A stretch of 64,000 nt of DNA from an uncultured Gemmatimonadales bacterium (GTDB lineage: Bacteria; Gemmatimonadota; Gemmatimonadetes; Gemmatimonadales; GWC2-71-9). The notes under the pieces are model-generated. The model did no database searches, was not told the origin of the DNA, and saw only the letters and a list, made by a program, of their open reading frames with translations. Positions 1-8,418 of the stretch are shown piece after piece. Position 1 is the first letter of the stretch, and each line of letters opens with the position of its first letter. A program made the position numbers and the translations under genes. The stretch lies in assembly GCA_963798915.1 (NCBI GenBank), contig CAWCVB010000010.1, positions 32,001 to 96,000 of the forward strand, read 5' to 3'.

Positions 1-126
1 CAGCACCATGACGCCGCGGTTGCCAGGAGTCGCAAGACAGTCGGCGACCCCCGTGCGATCGACGTAGTCGAGATAGGCATCGGCATCCGCGGCTGCCGTG
101 GCACCGCGCCAGCTTCGTACGATCAT
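1..126 (-). CDS. Antibiotic biosynthesis monooxygenase (ABM)-like protein, 5' part; runs off the window
   Basis: Manual translation from ATG 126: MIVRSWRGATAAADADAYLDYVDRTGVADCLATPGNRGVMVL. Matches the 'MIxRxWxG...Y..Y...TG......PGN.G' pattern. GAGG RBS upstream. Confidence 0.7.
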   Translation of the reverse strand, partial: MIVRSWRGATAAADADAYLDYVDRTGVADCLATPGNRGVMVL

Positions 127-133
127 GGCTGCC

Positions 134-208
134 TCACAGCAGTGTGGTGCGGGCGAGCGGGCTGGCGATCCTGGTCCACAGAGTCCACCAGCGATCGATC
201 CAGGTCAT
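134..208 (-). CDS. 24-aa Trp-rich small ORF / possible leader peptide (MTWIDRWWTLWTRIASPLARTTLL)
   Basis: AAGGAG RBS 6 nt before ATG 208 (alternative in-frame ATG at 229). Its TGA overlaps the RBS of the downstream ABM-like gene. Confidence 0.45.
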   Translation of the reverse strand: MTWIDRWWTLWTRIASPLARTTLL

Positions 209-230
209 GTGCTGCTCCTTGCGCCTCATG

Positions 231-308
231 GTATAACCACCAATATTCCCCATACGGGTTATACAATACTGGTGATCCTATAACCTGTCAAGAGTATTTT
301 GGAGGTTA
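231..308. promoter_or_regulatory. Divergent promoter with two TAACC-N18-GGTTA inverted-repeat operators and a leftward sigma70 promoter
   Basis: GTATAACC(231-238)-N18-GGTTATAC(257-264) and TAACC(281-285)-N18-GGTTA(304-308). Minus-strand TTGACA(291-286)-N17-TATTGT(268-263). Confidence 0.65.
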
Positions 309-310
309 GT

Positions 311-949
311 GTGGCGCATGCACCGCCGGAGGGATCAGAACGGAACGTCGCCAACATGGCGCTGGTGGGGGGCAAACCTGTGGTGGACTTCGTCAACACG
401 CTGAGCGACAGGGCGCTCCCCGCGCCCCTGGAGCGGCTGGCTACCTATCAGGACCTGTTGCTCTGGTGTGTCCGGTCCGAGCTCTTCGGCGAGGCAGAGA
501 AGTCGCGGCTTGAGGCGCTGGCGGCGAAGCATCCGGCAGAGGCGGAGCACGCGCTCGCGCTGGCACGGACGCTTCGTGAACTGCTGTTCCGGCTCTTCGA
601 TGCGACTGCGGAGGGACAGGATCCGCCAACAGAAGCCTTGGGGAACTTCAACACCATGCTGCAGGAGGCTGCGAGGCATCGCCGGCTGGAGTCGTCCGAC
701 GGCGACCTCCGGTGGCTCTGGTTTCGTGGCGACGACCGGCTCGACTGGATGCTCTGGCCTCTCGTCTGGTCGGCGGCTGAGTTGCTGGAAAGCGACGACC
801 GCGCGCGCCTCAAGGAGTGCGCCCAGAACGATTGCCGCTGGCTCTTCCTTGATCTCAGCAAGAACCGCAGCCGCCGTTGGTGCACCATGGAGGAATGCGG
901 CAACCGGGCCAAGGCCAAGCGGCATTATGCGAAGAGGCGCAGGGGGTGA
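311..949 (+). CDS. CGNR zinc-finger / ABATE domain putative transcription regulator
   Basis: N-terminal DFVNT motif; C-terminal C..C.WLFLD.SKN.SRRWC.MEECGNR. GTG 311 follows a GGAGG RBS. Confidence 0.93.
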   Translation: MAHAPPEGSERNVANMALVGGKPVVDFVNTLSDRALPAPLERLATYQDLLLWCVRSELFGEAEKSRLEALAAKHPAEAEHALALARTLRELLFRLFDATAEGQDPPTEALGNFNTMLQEAARHRRLESSDGDLRWLWFRGDDRLDWMLWPLVWSAAELLESDDRARLKECAQNDCRWLFLDLSKNRSRRWCTMEECGNRAKAKRHYAKRRRG

Positions 950-970
950 GGGCATGGAGGGTCGTGAGTC

Positions 971-1000
971 GGCTGGACGGCTGGACGGCTGGACGGCTAG
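971..1000. repeat. 8-mer tandem repeat (GGCTGGAC)x3 + GGCTAG
   Basis: Seen directly; same family as the (CTAGACGG)n array at 46108-46162. Confidence 0.8.
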
Positions 1001-1017
1001 CCCGAAGCGAATGATCG

Positions 1018-1104
1018 GTCATCCCGAGCAACGCGAGGGATCTTCTGGCCAGCGTCGGAACTAGGCGAGCAGATCGCTCGCTCGCCCTGCTCGCTCGGGG
1101 TGAC
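1018..1104. repeat. REP/REPIN-like inverted pair (GTCATCCCGAGC...GAGGGATCT / AGATC...GCTCGGGGTGAC)
   Basis: Imperfect inverted arms 1018-1043 and 1071-1104 in intergenic DNA, each with an internal palindrome. Confidence 0.6.
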
Positions 1105-1203
1105 ACACCTGCTCGGTCCGCGACCCACGACCCATGACTCCACCCTGTTGCGGCGCGGGCACCTGCATGTTTCTCTTGTTCCGACTCCCGATAGCGAGGT
1201 CCC

Positions 1204-1830
1204 GTGCCGCTGCCCCTCGCAGCGTGGGAAACGTTCTACGTCATTGCCGGCTCGTCTGGCGCCGTCCTCACCGGGCTGGTGTTCGTCGTCGTCTCGTTGG
1301 CGGCGGAGCGGGTTGACACCACGTCGACCGACGGCTTCGGCGCATTTTCTACACCCACCGTCACGCATTTCGTCGCCGTCCTCTTGCTCGCTGCCATCAT
1401 GACAGTCCCAGTGCAGACGATCGTGAGCCTGGCCATCTGTCTTGGCGGGTGCGCCGTCGCAGGCATTTTTGCCAGCACGCTCGCGGGCCTGCGCATGCGA
1501 CGACTGCGAAGTTATTCTGCTGGCGCCGACGATTGGACCTGGCATGTCATTCTGCCGTTCATCACCTACGTAATCCTGCTCGCCATGGCCCTGCTGCTTG
1601 CCAAGGCGGAGACCTTCGCGCTGGTGGGGGTCGCTGCCGCTGCCATGGCGCTCCTCGCTATTGGCATCCACAATGCCTGGGACGTAGCCGTCTTTCTGGT
1701 CGCCTCTGACCTTCCACGCAGTCGTGGCCCCGACGCCGCTTCGGCTTCTGCCTCCGCAGCGCCGGAGCATCCGCCGGCTGCGACATCCGTCACCCAAGCC
1801 GCAGATAGCCCACTGCCGGGGGGCGACTGA
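1204..1830 (+). CDS. Hypothetical integral membrane protein (~5-6 TM)
   Basis: Hydrophobic ORF with W..FY...G...A.LTGL.FV..S N-terminus and late HNAWD motif; GAGG RBS. Confidence 0.8.
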   Translation: MPLPLAAWETFYVIAGSSGAVLTGLVFVVVSLAAERVDTTSTDGFGAFSTPTVTHFVAVLLLAAIMTVPVQTIVSLAICLGGCAVAGIFASTLAGLRMRRLRSYSAGADDWTWHVILPFITYVILLAMALLLAKAETFALVGVAAAAMALLAIGIHNAWDVAVFLVASDLPRSRGPDAASASASAAPEHPPAATSVTQAADSPLPGGD

Positions 1831-3167
1831 GCACCACCGACGTCGCGATCATCGGAGCGGGCGTCGCGGGACTGGCTGCCGCCCGCCATCTGGCAGCAGC
1901 CGGCCTGGACGTCACCGTGCTCGAAGCGCGCGACCGGATTGGTGGCCGCGTGTGGACCGTCCATGATCCGGGCCTGGCCGTCCCGATCGAGCTGGGCGCC
2001 GAGTTTGTCCATGGGGCCGCGCCACCGGTCGAGGAGGTGGCGCGCGCCGCGCGCCTGGAACTCGTGGATATCAACGGGAGCTTTCTTACCGGAACTGGCG
2101 GAAGACTGCATCCGGCCGATCGCCTCTGGACGCGGCTCGGCCGAGTGTTCCAGCACCTCGATGCGCAGCGGCAGCCGGACCGGTCATTTGCCGAGGTGCT
2201 CGCCAGCATTCCCGGCATGCGGCCCGCCGACCGGCGAATGGCAACGCAATATGTCGAGGGCTTTGAGGCCGCCGACCCCACCCGAATCAGTGAGCGCGCC
2301 CTGGCCCGCTCGCTGAATCGCCCCGACGGCGACGGCAACGATAGTGCGAGGGTGCAAGGAGGCTATGACGGAATCGTGAATGCTCTGGCGGCGCCGGTGG
2401 GCCCGCGCATCAAGCTCCAGCACATCGTGACCGCGGTGAGGTGGAGGCCAGGGGAAGTGGAACTTCGGATCCGGTCGCACTCTGGCAGGCCGCTACTGAC
2501 GCTTTCGGCGCGGGTCGTGCTGGTCACCGTGCCGCTGGGCGTGCTCACGGCGCCGCCCGAGGCGGCGGCGCGAATCGCGTTCGATCCCCCGCTGCCCTCG
2601 CAGGAGCGCGCCATGCAGTCGCTGGCGGTGGGTGCGGCGATACGCGTCTCCCTGGTACTCGACGAGCCTTTCTGGCTGTCCCGGCGGTTTGCCGCGCGGC
2701 GGGGTCATCGCAACTTCAGCAATATGTCATTCGTGCTGGCGGGCTCGGTCGTTCCCTTCCCTGCCTGGTGGACGGCCTATCCCACGCAGGCACCGTTGCT
2801 GGTCGGATGGCTCGGCGGCCCGAGGGCGCGGGCGATGTCGAACCAGCCGCGCGCCGCGATCGTCCGTGACGCCATCCACTCGGCCGCGGTGCTGTTCGGC
2901 ATGTCGCCCACGTCCGTCGCTCGGCAAGTGCGGCAGGTCCACACGCATGACTGGAACAACGACCCGTTTTCGCTTGGTGCCTACAGCTACGCCTGCGTCG
3001 GTGGGGCAACCGCGGCGGCCTCCCTGGCGCGTCCGGTCAAGGACACGGTGTATTTCGCCGGCGAGCACGTATATGGCCGAGGCCGCGAGGGTACGGTGGA
3101 TGGCGCGATCGCATCCGGGCGTCATGCCGCGGAACTGGTGATACGGGCAGCGGAGCGATCAAAGTAG
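1827..3167 (+). CDS. Flavin-containing amine oxidase family FAD-dependent oxidoreductase (probable CTG start)
   Basis: DVAIIGAGVAGL lies upstream of the track start (1917). Also EARDRIGGR, ELGAEFVH, W..DPFS.GAYS and FAGE...GTVDGAIASG. An in-frame TAG at 1806 leaves CTG 1827 as the best start. Confidence 0.9.
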   Translation: MSTTDVAIIGAGVAGLAAARHLAAAGLDVTVLEARDRIGGRVWTVHDPGLAVPIELGAEFVHGAAPPVEEVARAARLELVDINGSFLTGTGGRLHPADRLWTRLGRVFQHLDAQRQPDRSFAEVLASIPGMRPADRRMATQYVEGFEAADPTRISERALARSLNRPDGDGNDSARVQGGYDGIVNALAAPVGPRIKLQHIVTAVRWRPGEVELRIRSHSGRPLLTLSARVVLVTVPLGVLTAPPEAAARIAFDPPLPSQERAMQSLAVGAAIRVSLVLDEPFWLSRRFAARRGHRNFSNMSFVLAGSVVPFPAWWTAYPTQAPLLVGWLGGPRARAMSNQPRAAIVRDAIHSAAVLFGMSPTSVARQVRQVHTHDWNNDPFSLGAYSYACVGGATAAASLARPVKDTVYFAGEHVYGRGREGTVDGAIASGRHAAELVIRAAERSK

Positions 3168-3296
3168 GACCGGGCGACGCAGGTCGACCCGGCCACAGGT
3201 GCGCCACTGGCGCTGGTGGTCGCTGGTCTCAGCATTCTCACACGGCTGAAGCCGTTGCTTGGCCCGTGTCGCCGGCGGCGACATCTCTCCAACGCA

Positions 3297-3623
3297 TCAG
3301 TTCGTTTCTTCGTCCACCGCACCCAGGAGTCGCACGTACAGAGCGACCGCCGCGAAGAGCCCCAGCGTCAGTGGACCGATAACTACCACCTCGGGTTGAG
3401 CTCCAAGAACGAGGAAGAGCACGCAGCCAATCACCAGGTGTGCCCCCCAGTTGACGCGCGGTGAGTGGATGGCCAGAAGCGTGCGCGCCTCGATGCGTGA
3501 CCGCATGCCGAGCGGCAGTGGCGCCTCCTCGCGGAGGGCGGCGCGCAGCGTCTCCACGTCGTCGGGCGTGAGCGGCTCTGGGCTCGCGATCGGAGCGTCG
3601 GGATGAGAGCGGTCAGGCATCAT
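3297..3623 (-). CDS. Small membrane protein, putative anti-sigma factor
   Basis: 108 aa with two C-terminal hydrophobic helices. ATGA overlap with the stop of the upstream ECF sigma gene. Confidence 0.6.
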   Translation of the reverse strand: MMPDRSHPDAPIASPEPLTPDDVETLRAALREEAPLPLGMRSRIEARTLLAIHSPRVNWGAHLVIGCVLFLVLGAQPEVVVIGPLTLGLFAAVALYVRLLGAVDEETN

Positions 3624-4165
3624 GGTACATCCGAGGGACATGGGTTTGCGGCCGGCGGCGTCTCCAGAACAGTCAACTCCCCGCGAAGCCGATGAAGCGC
3701 GCGTGACAGCGAGGCTTTGACGGTGCCCTCCGCCCGATCGATGGCCACCGCCGTTTCGGCAGTCGAGAGCCCCTCGAGCACACGAAGCACCAGCACCCGT
3801 CGCTGCAGTGGCGGCAAGCGCGCTACGGCGCGCCAGAGCCGTGACCGGGGGTGCAGGTTTGCGAGCTCTCCTTGCTCCGCGACCGGAGTGGGCCACGCCC
3901 AGATGCGGCGCAGCCGCTCGCGTCGCTGAACACGGCGTTGATGGTCTCGCGCCACGTTCAAGGCAATCACGATCAGCCATGCGCGCACCGGGCTCTCGAT
4001 CCGGCGGGCAGGTGCCGCGTCATAGGCGCGGAGCCAGACCTCCTGCAGCAGGTCCTCGGCCTCCACGGCGCCAGAGGCGTATGAGGACACAACCGCGAGC
4101 AGGTGGCCGCTGTACTCCCGCATCCAGCGCCGCAGTTCATGCTCGGCGAGCTCTGGACCGGGCAT
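3620..4165 (-). CDS. ECF RNA polymerase sigma-70 factor
   Basis: AEDLLQEVWLRA and AWL..IA.N.ARD (region 2); LPP.QR.V..LR..EGLS..ETA......EGTVK..LSRA (region 4). Confidence 0.92.
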   Translation of the reverse strand: MPGPELAEHELRRWMREYSGHLLAVVSSYASGAVEAEDLLQEVWLRAYDAAPARRIESPVRAWLIVIALNVARDHQRRVQRRERLRRIWAWPTPVAEQGELANLHPRSRLWRAVARLPPLQRRVLVLRVLEGLSTAETAVAIDRAEGTVKASLSRALHRLRGELTVLETPPAANPCPSDVP

Positions 4166-4170
4166 GAAAT

Positions 4171-5029
4171 TCAGGGCTCCGCCTCGCGCACGACACGAGC
4201 CGCGGCGCGCCAACCGAACGCGGCGAGAACGACTGCGGGCAGCGCGGCGAGTGGAATCCAGAACATCGAGCTGTGACCTGCGCTCATGCTGACCATCCGG
4301 TTCTGATTCAGCTCGCCGAGGTAGTCGACGGTGTACAGGACCACCATCCAGGCAATGACCACCAGCCCGATTCGTTTCACGCGCCTTGATCGGAATGTGA
4401 CGTGCTTTGCGCTCAACGCGAGCAGCCCAAGCACCAGTCCGCATGTGATGAACGGCCGAAGGAAACCGGCCAGCTGCATGGCAGTCCGCACGGCCTCAAT
4501 GCGAACCAGGACATCAGGCGCGACCGGCTCGAACGCCCTCAGTCGATACTCTGGCCTCGTCGTGTCAGGCGGGGCCCAACTCGGCTGAATATCATGGATG
4601 GTGACTTGGCCTCGCGCGAAGGCCGCGGCCCTTTCGAGTGTGCCGATGGTGTCGTGGATCGTGAGAAATGGTGGCTTGCGTGTTGGGCCACTCCGAGTCG
4701 CCAGCGTGGGCGTATTCGGCGCGGTTCACTTGCGGACCGATCCAGACGTCGTAGACAATCATGGCGCCAATGGTAAGGACAGCTATGATGACGGCCGTCC
4801 TCATGGCACCCCGGTGCAGGTCCAGCACGGCAAGTGAGATTCCCGCCGCCAGCGGTAATTCGCCGATCAGAAGCCAAGGCAACCGGAAGCCCAGCGCGCG
4901 TGCCACCCCGAACCAGGGCATTGGACTCGGATGGGGCACGTGGATATAGCTGTTGAGCTGCCACACAAGATCGTACAATACCAGCAGGAGGAGTACCAGC
5001 GCGAAGTGCTTCCACACGGTCCGTTGCAT
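4171..5029 (-). CDS. Hypothetical multi-pass membrane protein (one frameshift near 4670-4700)
   Basis: ORF 4592-5029 continues in another frame (IHDTIGTLERAAAF...RTAMQLAGFLRPF) into ORF 4171-4491. TM helices in both halves. Confidence 0.6.
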
Positions 5030-5140
5030 GGTGGCTCCCGGGAACAGGTACCTGACGGCATCACGATATCTTATCGCCAGAACGTCAGGAACCGGCCGAC
5101 CGGTTTACACGATCATCTCGGGAGCGGAAGCACCCTGCGC

Positions 5141-6805
5141 TCAGAATCCCCGGAAGGGTGGGCTCGCAAAATTGTAGTGGTAAGTCAGGAAGAAGGGCCC
5201 GTAGGCCAGGGCGATGAGGACGATGAGCACCAGGGCCCAGAGCCAGATGCGATCGAGGTTTCGTTCCCAGCCGGTGGTGGCTGGCGCGGTGAGCTGCTCG
5301 GAAATCGGGATATCCACCGGGGCACTGCCAACGCGCCCCCGCAGCACCGTCATGGCGACAACAACAAAGAAGAGCAGGATGCCCAGGAACATGAGTGATC
5401 CGCCGACGCCAGTCAGGATCCCACCCAGGTGCCATGCCGGATCGTCGTAGGTCGCGCCAGCCCGGAAGATCCGGCGGGGCATGCCCGCCAGCCCAGCCGA
5501 GATCATGCCACGCGCGAAGATCATGATGCCGATGCCATAGATCCACGATGAGGCGAGTGCCACCTTCCGGCCCCACAGCCCCTTGCCGGTCAGATAGGGC
5601 ACGAGCCAGTAGGCCACGCCCATGAACGTGAGCGTCACGGCGCTGCCGACCGTCATGTGAAAATGGCCCGGCACCCAGGTCGTGTTGTGGATGACCTGGT
5701 TCATGGTAAAGCTGGCGTTCACGAGACCGGTGGCGCCGCCCAGCACGAACGTGAGCATGGCCAGCAGCTGCGCCGTGACCGACGGGTCGCTCCACGGCAG
5801 GGCCCGGATCCATCCGAGCAGGCCGGTTCCGCCTCGCCGCCGTCCGCCGATTTCAAGTGATGCCATGACGGAGAACGCCGTGGCGAGACTCGGAAAGAAC
5901 ACGCCGAACGTGAGCACCAGCTGCACCGCCTTCATGCCGGCAGGGATGCCCGGGTCGGTGAACTGGTGATGAAGCCCGGTGGGCTGCGAGAGCAGCAGAA
6001 AGAGAATGAACGTGCCACGGGCATACTGGTCGCTCACTACGACCCCGCCCACCTGGCGTGGGATGAGGGCATACCAGCTCACGTAGGCCGGCAGGAGCCA
6101 GGCATAGACGATGGCGTGGCCGGTGAACCAGAAGAGGGTCCGGGTGAACAGGGGATCAATGTAGGTGCGAAGTCCCAGTGACCAGGGAAGCAGGAAACCG
6201 AGAAAGGAGACAGCAATGGGCAGGGAGGCGAAGAACCACATGACCCATGACACGATCGAAATGAACGCCAGCAGCGGCACCCGGGCCCCGGCGTGTTCCC
6301 GCTTCCAGGCCCGCAACGCCAGCAGCATGTTGAGCAGCGCCAGCCAGGTGCTCACCACCACCAGCGCCAGGCCCAGGTAGAACGTCCAGTGGGCCTGCAG
6401 CGGCGCATAGGCCGTGTAGAGCACGCTGGCCTGGTTGCTCACCACCGCGTAGATCACCAGCACGTTCCCGATCACGAGCGTGCCGAGCGTGGCCCAGAGC
6501 AGTTGCAGGCTGAGCGGCCGGCCCAGCGAGCGTCCGCACATCAGCGGCAGGAAGGCATTGCCGAACGAGAAGGTGAAGATGATGGCGTTGGCCACGCCGT
6601 GCGCGGTGAGGCCCTGGTAGTATGTCTTGAGGGCCGGGAAATAACCCAGCACGTTGATGTGGGCGTAGCTCAGCGCGTTGGCCAGTCCATGGAAAATCCC
6701 GGCGGTCAGCGCCAGGTATCCCACGTACAGCGTCCACCGGATCACGCGGCGATGCGACGCCGGCAGCTCGTAACCGGTGGGATCGAAGACGGTGGTCGTG
6801 GTCAT
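5141..6805 (-). CDS. cbaA: Cytochrome ba3-type (B-family) heme-copper oxidase subunit I
   Basis: YYQGLTAHG, LFWFTGHAIVY, GLHHQF.DP, HNT.W.PGHFH and G.PRR motifs. Start MTTTTVFD overlaps the subunit II stop. Confidence 0.95.
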   Translation of the reverse strand: MTTTTVFDPTGYELPASHRRVIRWTLYVGYLALTAGIFHGLANALSYAHINVLGYFPALKTYYQGLTAHGVANAIIFTFSFGNAFLPLMCGRSLGRPLSLQLLWATLGTLVIGNVLVIYAVVSNQASVLYTAYAPLQAHWTFYLGLALVVVSTWLALLNMLLALRAWKREHAGARVPLLAFISIVSWVMWFFASLPIAVSFLGFLLPWSLGLRTYIDPLFTRTLFWFTGHAIVYAWLLPAYVSWYALIPRQVGGVVVSDQYARGTFILFLLLSQPTGLHHQFTDPGIPAGMKAVQLVLTFGVFFPSLATAFSVMASLEIGGRRRGGTGLLGWIRALPWSDPSVTAQLLAMLTFVLGGATGLVNASFTMNQVIHNTTWVPGHFHMTVGSAVTLTFMGVAYWLVPYLTGKGLWGRKVALASSWIYGIGIMIFARGMISAGLAGMPRRIFRAGATYDDPAWHLGGILTGVGGSLMFLGILLFFVVVAMTVLRGRVGSAPVDIPISEQLTAPATTGWERNLDRIWLWALVLIVLIALAYGPFFLTYHYNFASPPFRGF

Positions 6806-7269
6806 TCGACGATCACCTTTCCGTACATGGTCTGGTGGCCAAGACCGCAATACTCATGGCAGATGAGGAGATACTCGCCGGGCTCGCTGAAGTGGTGGGT
6901 CGCGCGCGAGACCTGGCCGGGAATCAGCATCATGTTGAGCCGGGTGCGCTCCACCTCGAAGCCGTGGATGATATCGGCGGACGTGGCGATGACGGTCAGG
7001 TCCGAGCCGGCCGGGATCCGGATCTCCCGCGGCATGAAGATCCAGGCCTGGGCGACCACGACCGCCTGGTACTGGTGGTCACCGACCTGCGTCACGCCGG
7101 GATGATCGAATGGCGGCGTCTTGTAGACCTGCTTCGGATCCAGCTCACCGACTGCCGTCGGCAGGTGCATCCCCCGAACGGTGGTGGCGTAGATCAGCGC
7201 GCCGAGGCAGGCGAGCAGCAGCGTCGCGCCCACGCTCAGGAAGGCCTTTTCGTAGGTATGGACGCGCAT
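6802..7269 (-). CDS. cbaB: Cytochrome ba3 oxidase subunit II (CuA)
   Basis: Single N-terminal TM, D.IHGF, and CHEYCGLGHQTM CuA motif; true start MRVHTYEK. Confidence 0.95.
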   Translation of the reverse strand: MRVHTYEKAFLSVGATLLLACLGALIYATTVRGMHLPTAVGELDPKQVYKTPPFDHPGVTQVGDHQYQAVVVAQAWIFMPREIRIPAGSDLTVIATSADIIHGFEVERTRLNMMLIPGQVSRATHHFSEPGEYLLICHEYCGLGHQTMYGKVIVE

Positions 7270-7274
7270 GAGGC

Positions 7275-7412
7275 TCAGCGGTTGAGGAGCGTGGAATACA
7301 TGACGATCCAGATCGCGAAGATGATCATGAGCAGAATGATCATGAGGAAGAGCGTGCCGGTCACGACCGGTTCCTCGTCTGGCTCGAGCGGCCCGCCGGG
7401 CTCGTCGCTCAT
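7275..7412 (-). CDS. cbaD: Cytochrome ba3 oxidase subunit IIa (45 aa; missed by the ORF track)
   Basis: MSDEPGGPLEPDEEPVVTGTLFLMIILLMIIFAIWIVMYSTLLNR: single TM with GT....W...Y....R pattern, immediately upstream of subunit II. Confidence 0.85.
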   Translation of the reverse strand: MSDEPGGPLEPDEEPVVTGTLFLMIILLMIIFAIWIVMYSTLLNR

Positions 7413-7663
7413 GAGACCCCCCTCTCGTCATGGGCTGTTGCCGGGCCACCCTGCCGGGCCGCCCAGCGGGCAGCGAACCGCCAGACCAGCAGCAGTGCGA
7501 TCAACAATGGCACGGAAATGAGCAGGCGCGGCAGGTTCACGTGCCCGGCGAGCAGCTGGTTCAGCGATTCCCACACATAGGCAAGGAGGGGCGCTCCCAG
7601 CAGGGCAAAGCCGGCTATCCCAAGCATCAGCGGCAGGGCACGAGGGGATCGGGACTCAGCCAA
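7409..7663 (-). CDS. Small 2-TM membrane protein leading the ba3 operon
   Basis: 84 aa, two hydrophobic helices, TTG start after GAGGA, ATGA-coupled to subunit IIa. Confidence 0.7.
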   Translation of the reverse strand: MAESRSPRALPLMLGIAGFALLGAPLLAYVWESLNQLLAGHVNLPRLLISVPLLIALLLVWRFAARWAARQGGPATAHDERGVS

Positions 7664-7732
7664 GGCAGTCCTCTGGGTATCAGCGATTCAATCTGGATCG
7701 AGGCATGCGACCAGCGAAGGCAACCTGGCCAA

Positions 7733-7785
7733 ACTATGACCGGTCGGCGGAACAAGCATGAAGATTCCATGAAGAATGGATGAGG
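7733..7785 (-). promoter_or_regulatory. Putative activator-dependent promoter of the ba3 operon (11-bp-period direct repeats at the -35 position)
   Basis: CATGAAGA at 7757 and 7768 plus a degenerate third copy at 7779; minus-strand CATAGT (-10-like) 18 bp downstream. Confidence 0.35.
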
Positions 7786-7805
7786 CCGGCCGGAAGGGGC
7801 TGGGG

Positions 7806-8359
7806 CTAGAGTTCAGCCTCGAGGCAGACCTGGCAGATGCCGTGGCTCAGCCGGATCCGGCTGTGAAGGTTCACGTACCGTTCAACGCTCCAGGACGCGT
7901 CATCGTGCAGGATTTCCCGGCAGTAGCCGCAGACCGACAGCACAGGCCCCGCACGCTTCAGCTCGGCCACGGCCTCGGCCAGTTCGCGCCGCTGGCGCTC
8001 GCGTTCCGCGTCGGCCAGCTTGAGCGCCGTGATGTCGGAGGCTACCGAGTAGATAGCACGTTCGCCGGTATCGGGCGCAGCATGCCACAGCAGCCACCGG
8101 TACGATCCGTTCTTGCAAAGGTAGCGATTCTCGAACGCGACCGCCTGCCCGCCCCGTCGCACTTCGGCATTCTGCCTGCGGGTGCGCTCGCGGTCGCCAG
8201 GGTGCACGAACGCGGTAAAGGGCCGGGACATGAGCTCGTCCCGGCTGAAGCCCAGGACCCGCTCCCAAGCCGGATTCAGCCGCGTGAAGTGGCCGCTGAA
8301 ATCCAGCCTGCAGAGCAGGTCAACTGCGATCGCAAAGCTGTGGTCGTCAAGGGCCTCAT
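7806..8359 (-). CDS. PAS/PAC domain protein with C-terminal Cys/His motif (likely 1-nt indel just after the start)
   Basis: The frame extends upstream of the track start: DLLC.LD..G.F.R.NPAW...LG....EL....F..FVHP.D. Also FENRY..KNG.YRW, C..C and SHGIC..C. ATG 8359 is one base out of frame. Confidence 0.8.
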
Positions 8360-8363
8360 CCGT

Positions 8364-8418
8364 CGGCCGCAGGCCGGGGGCGGCCGCAGGCCGGGGGGCG
8401 GCCGCAGGCCGCCCCTAC
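8364..8418. repeat. GTAG-type REP with tandem reiteration of CGGCCGCAGGCC
   Basis: Three CGGCCGCAGGCC units. The last forms GTAGGGGCGGCCTGCGGCCGCCC on the minus strand, identical to the copies at 13340-13434. Confidence 0.8.
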
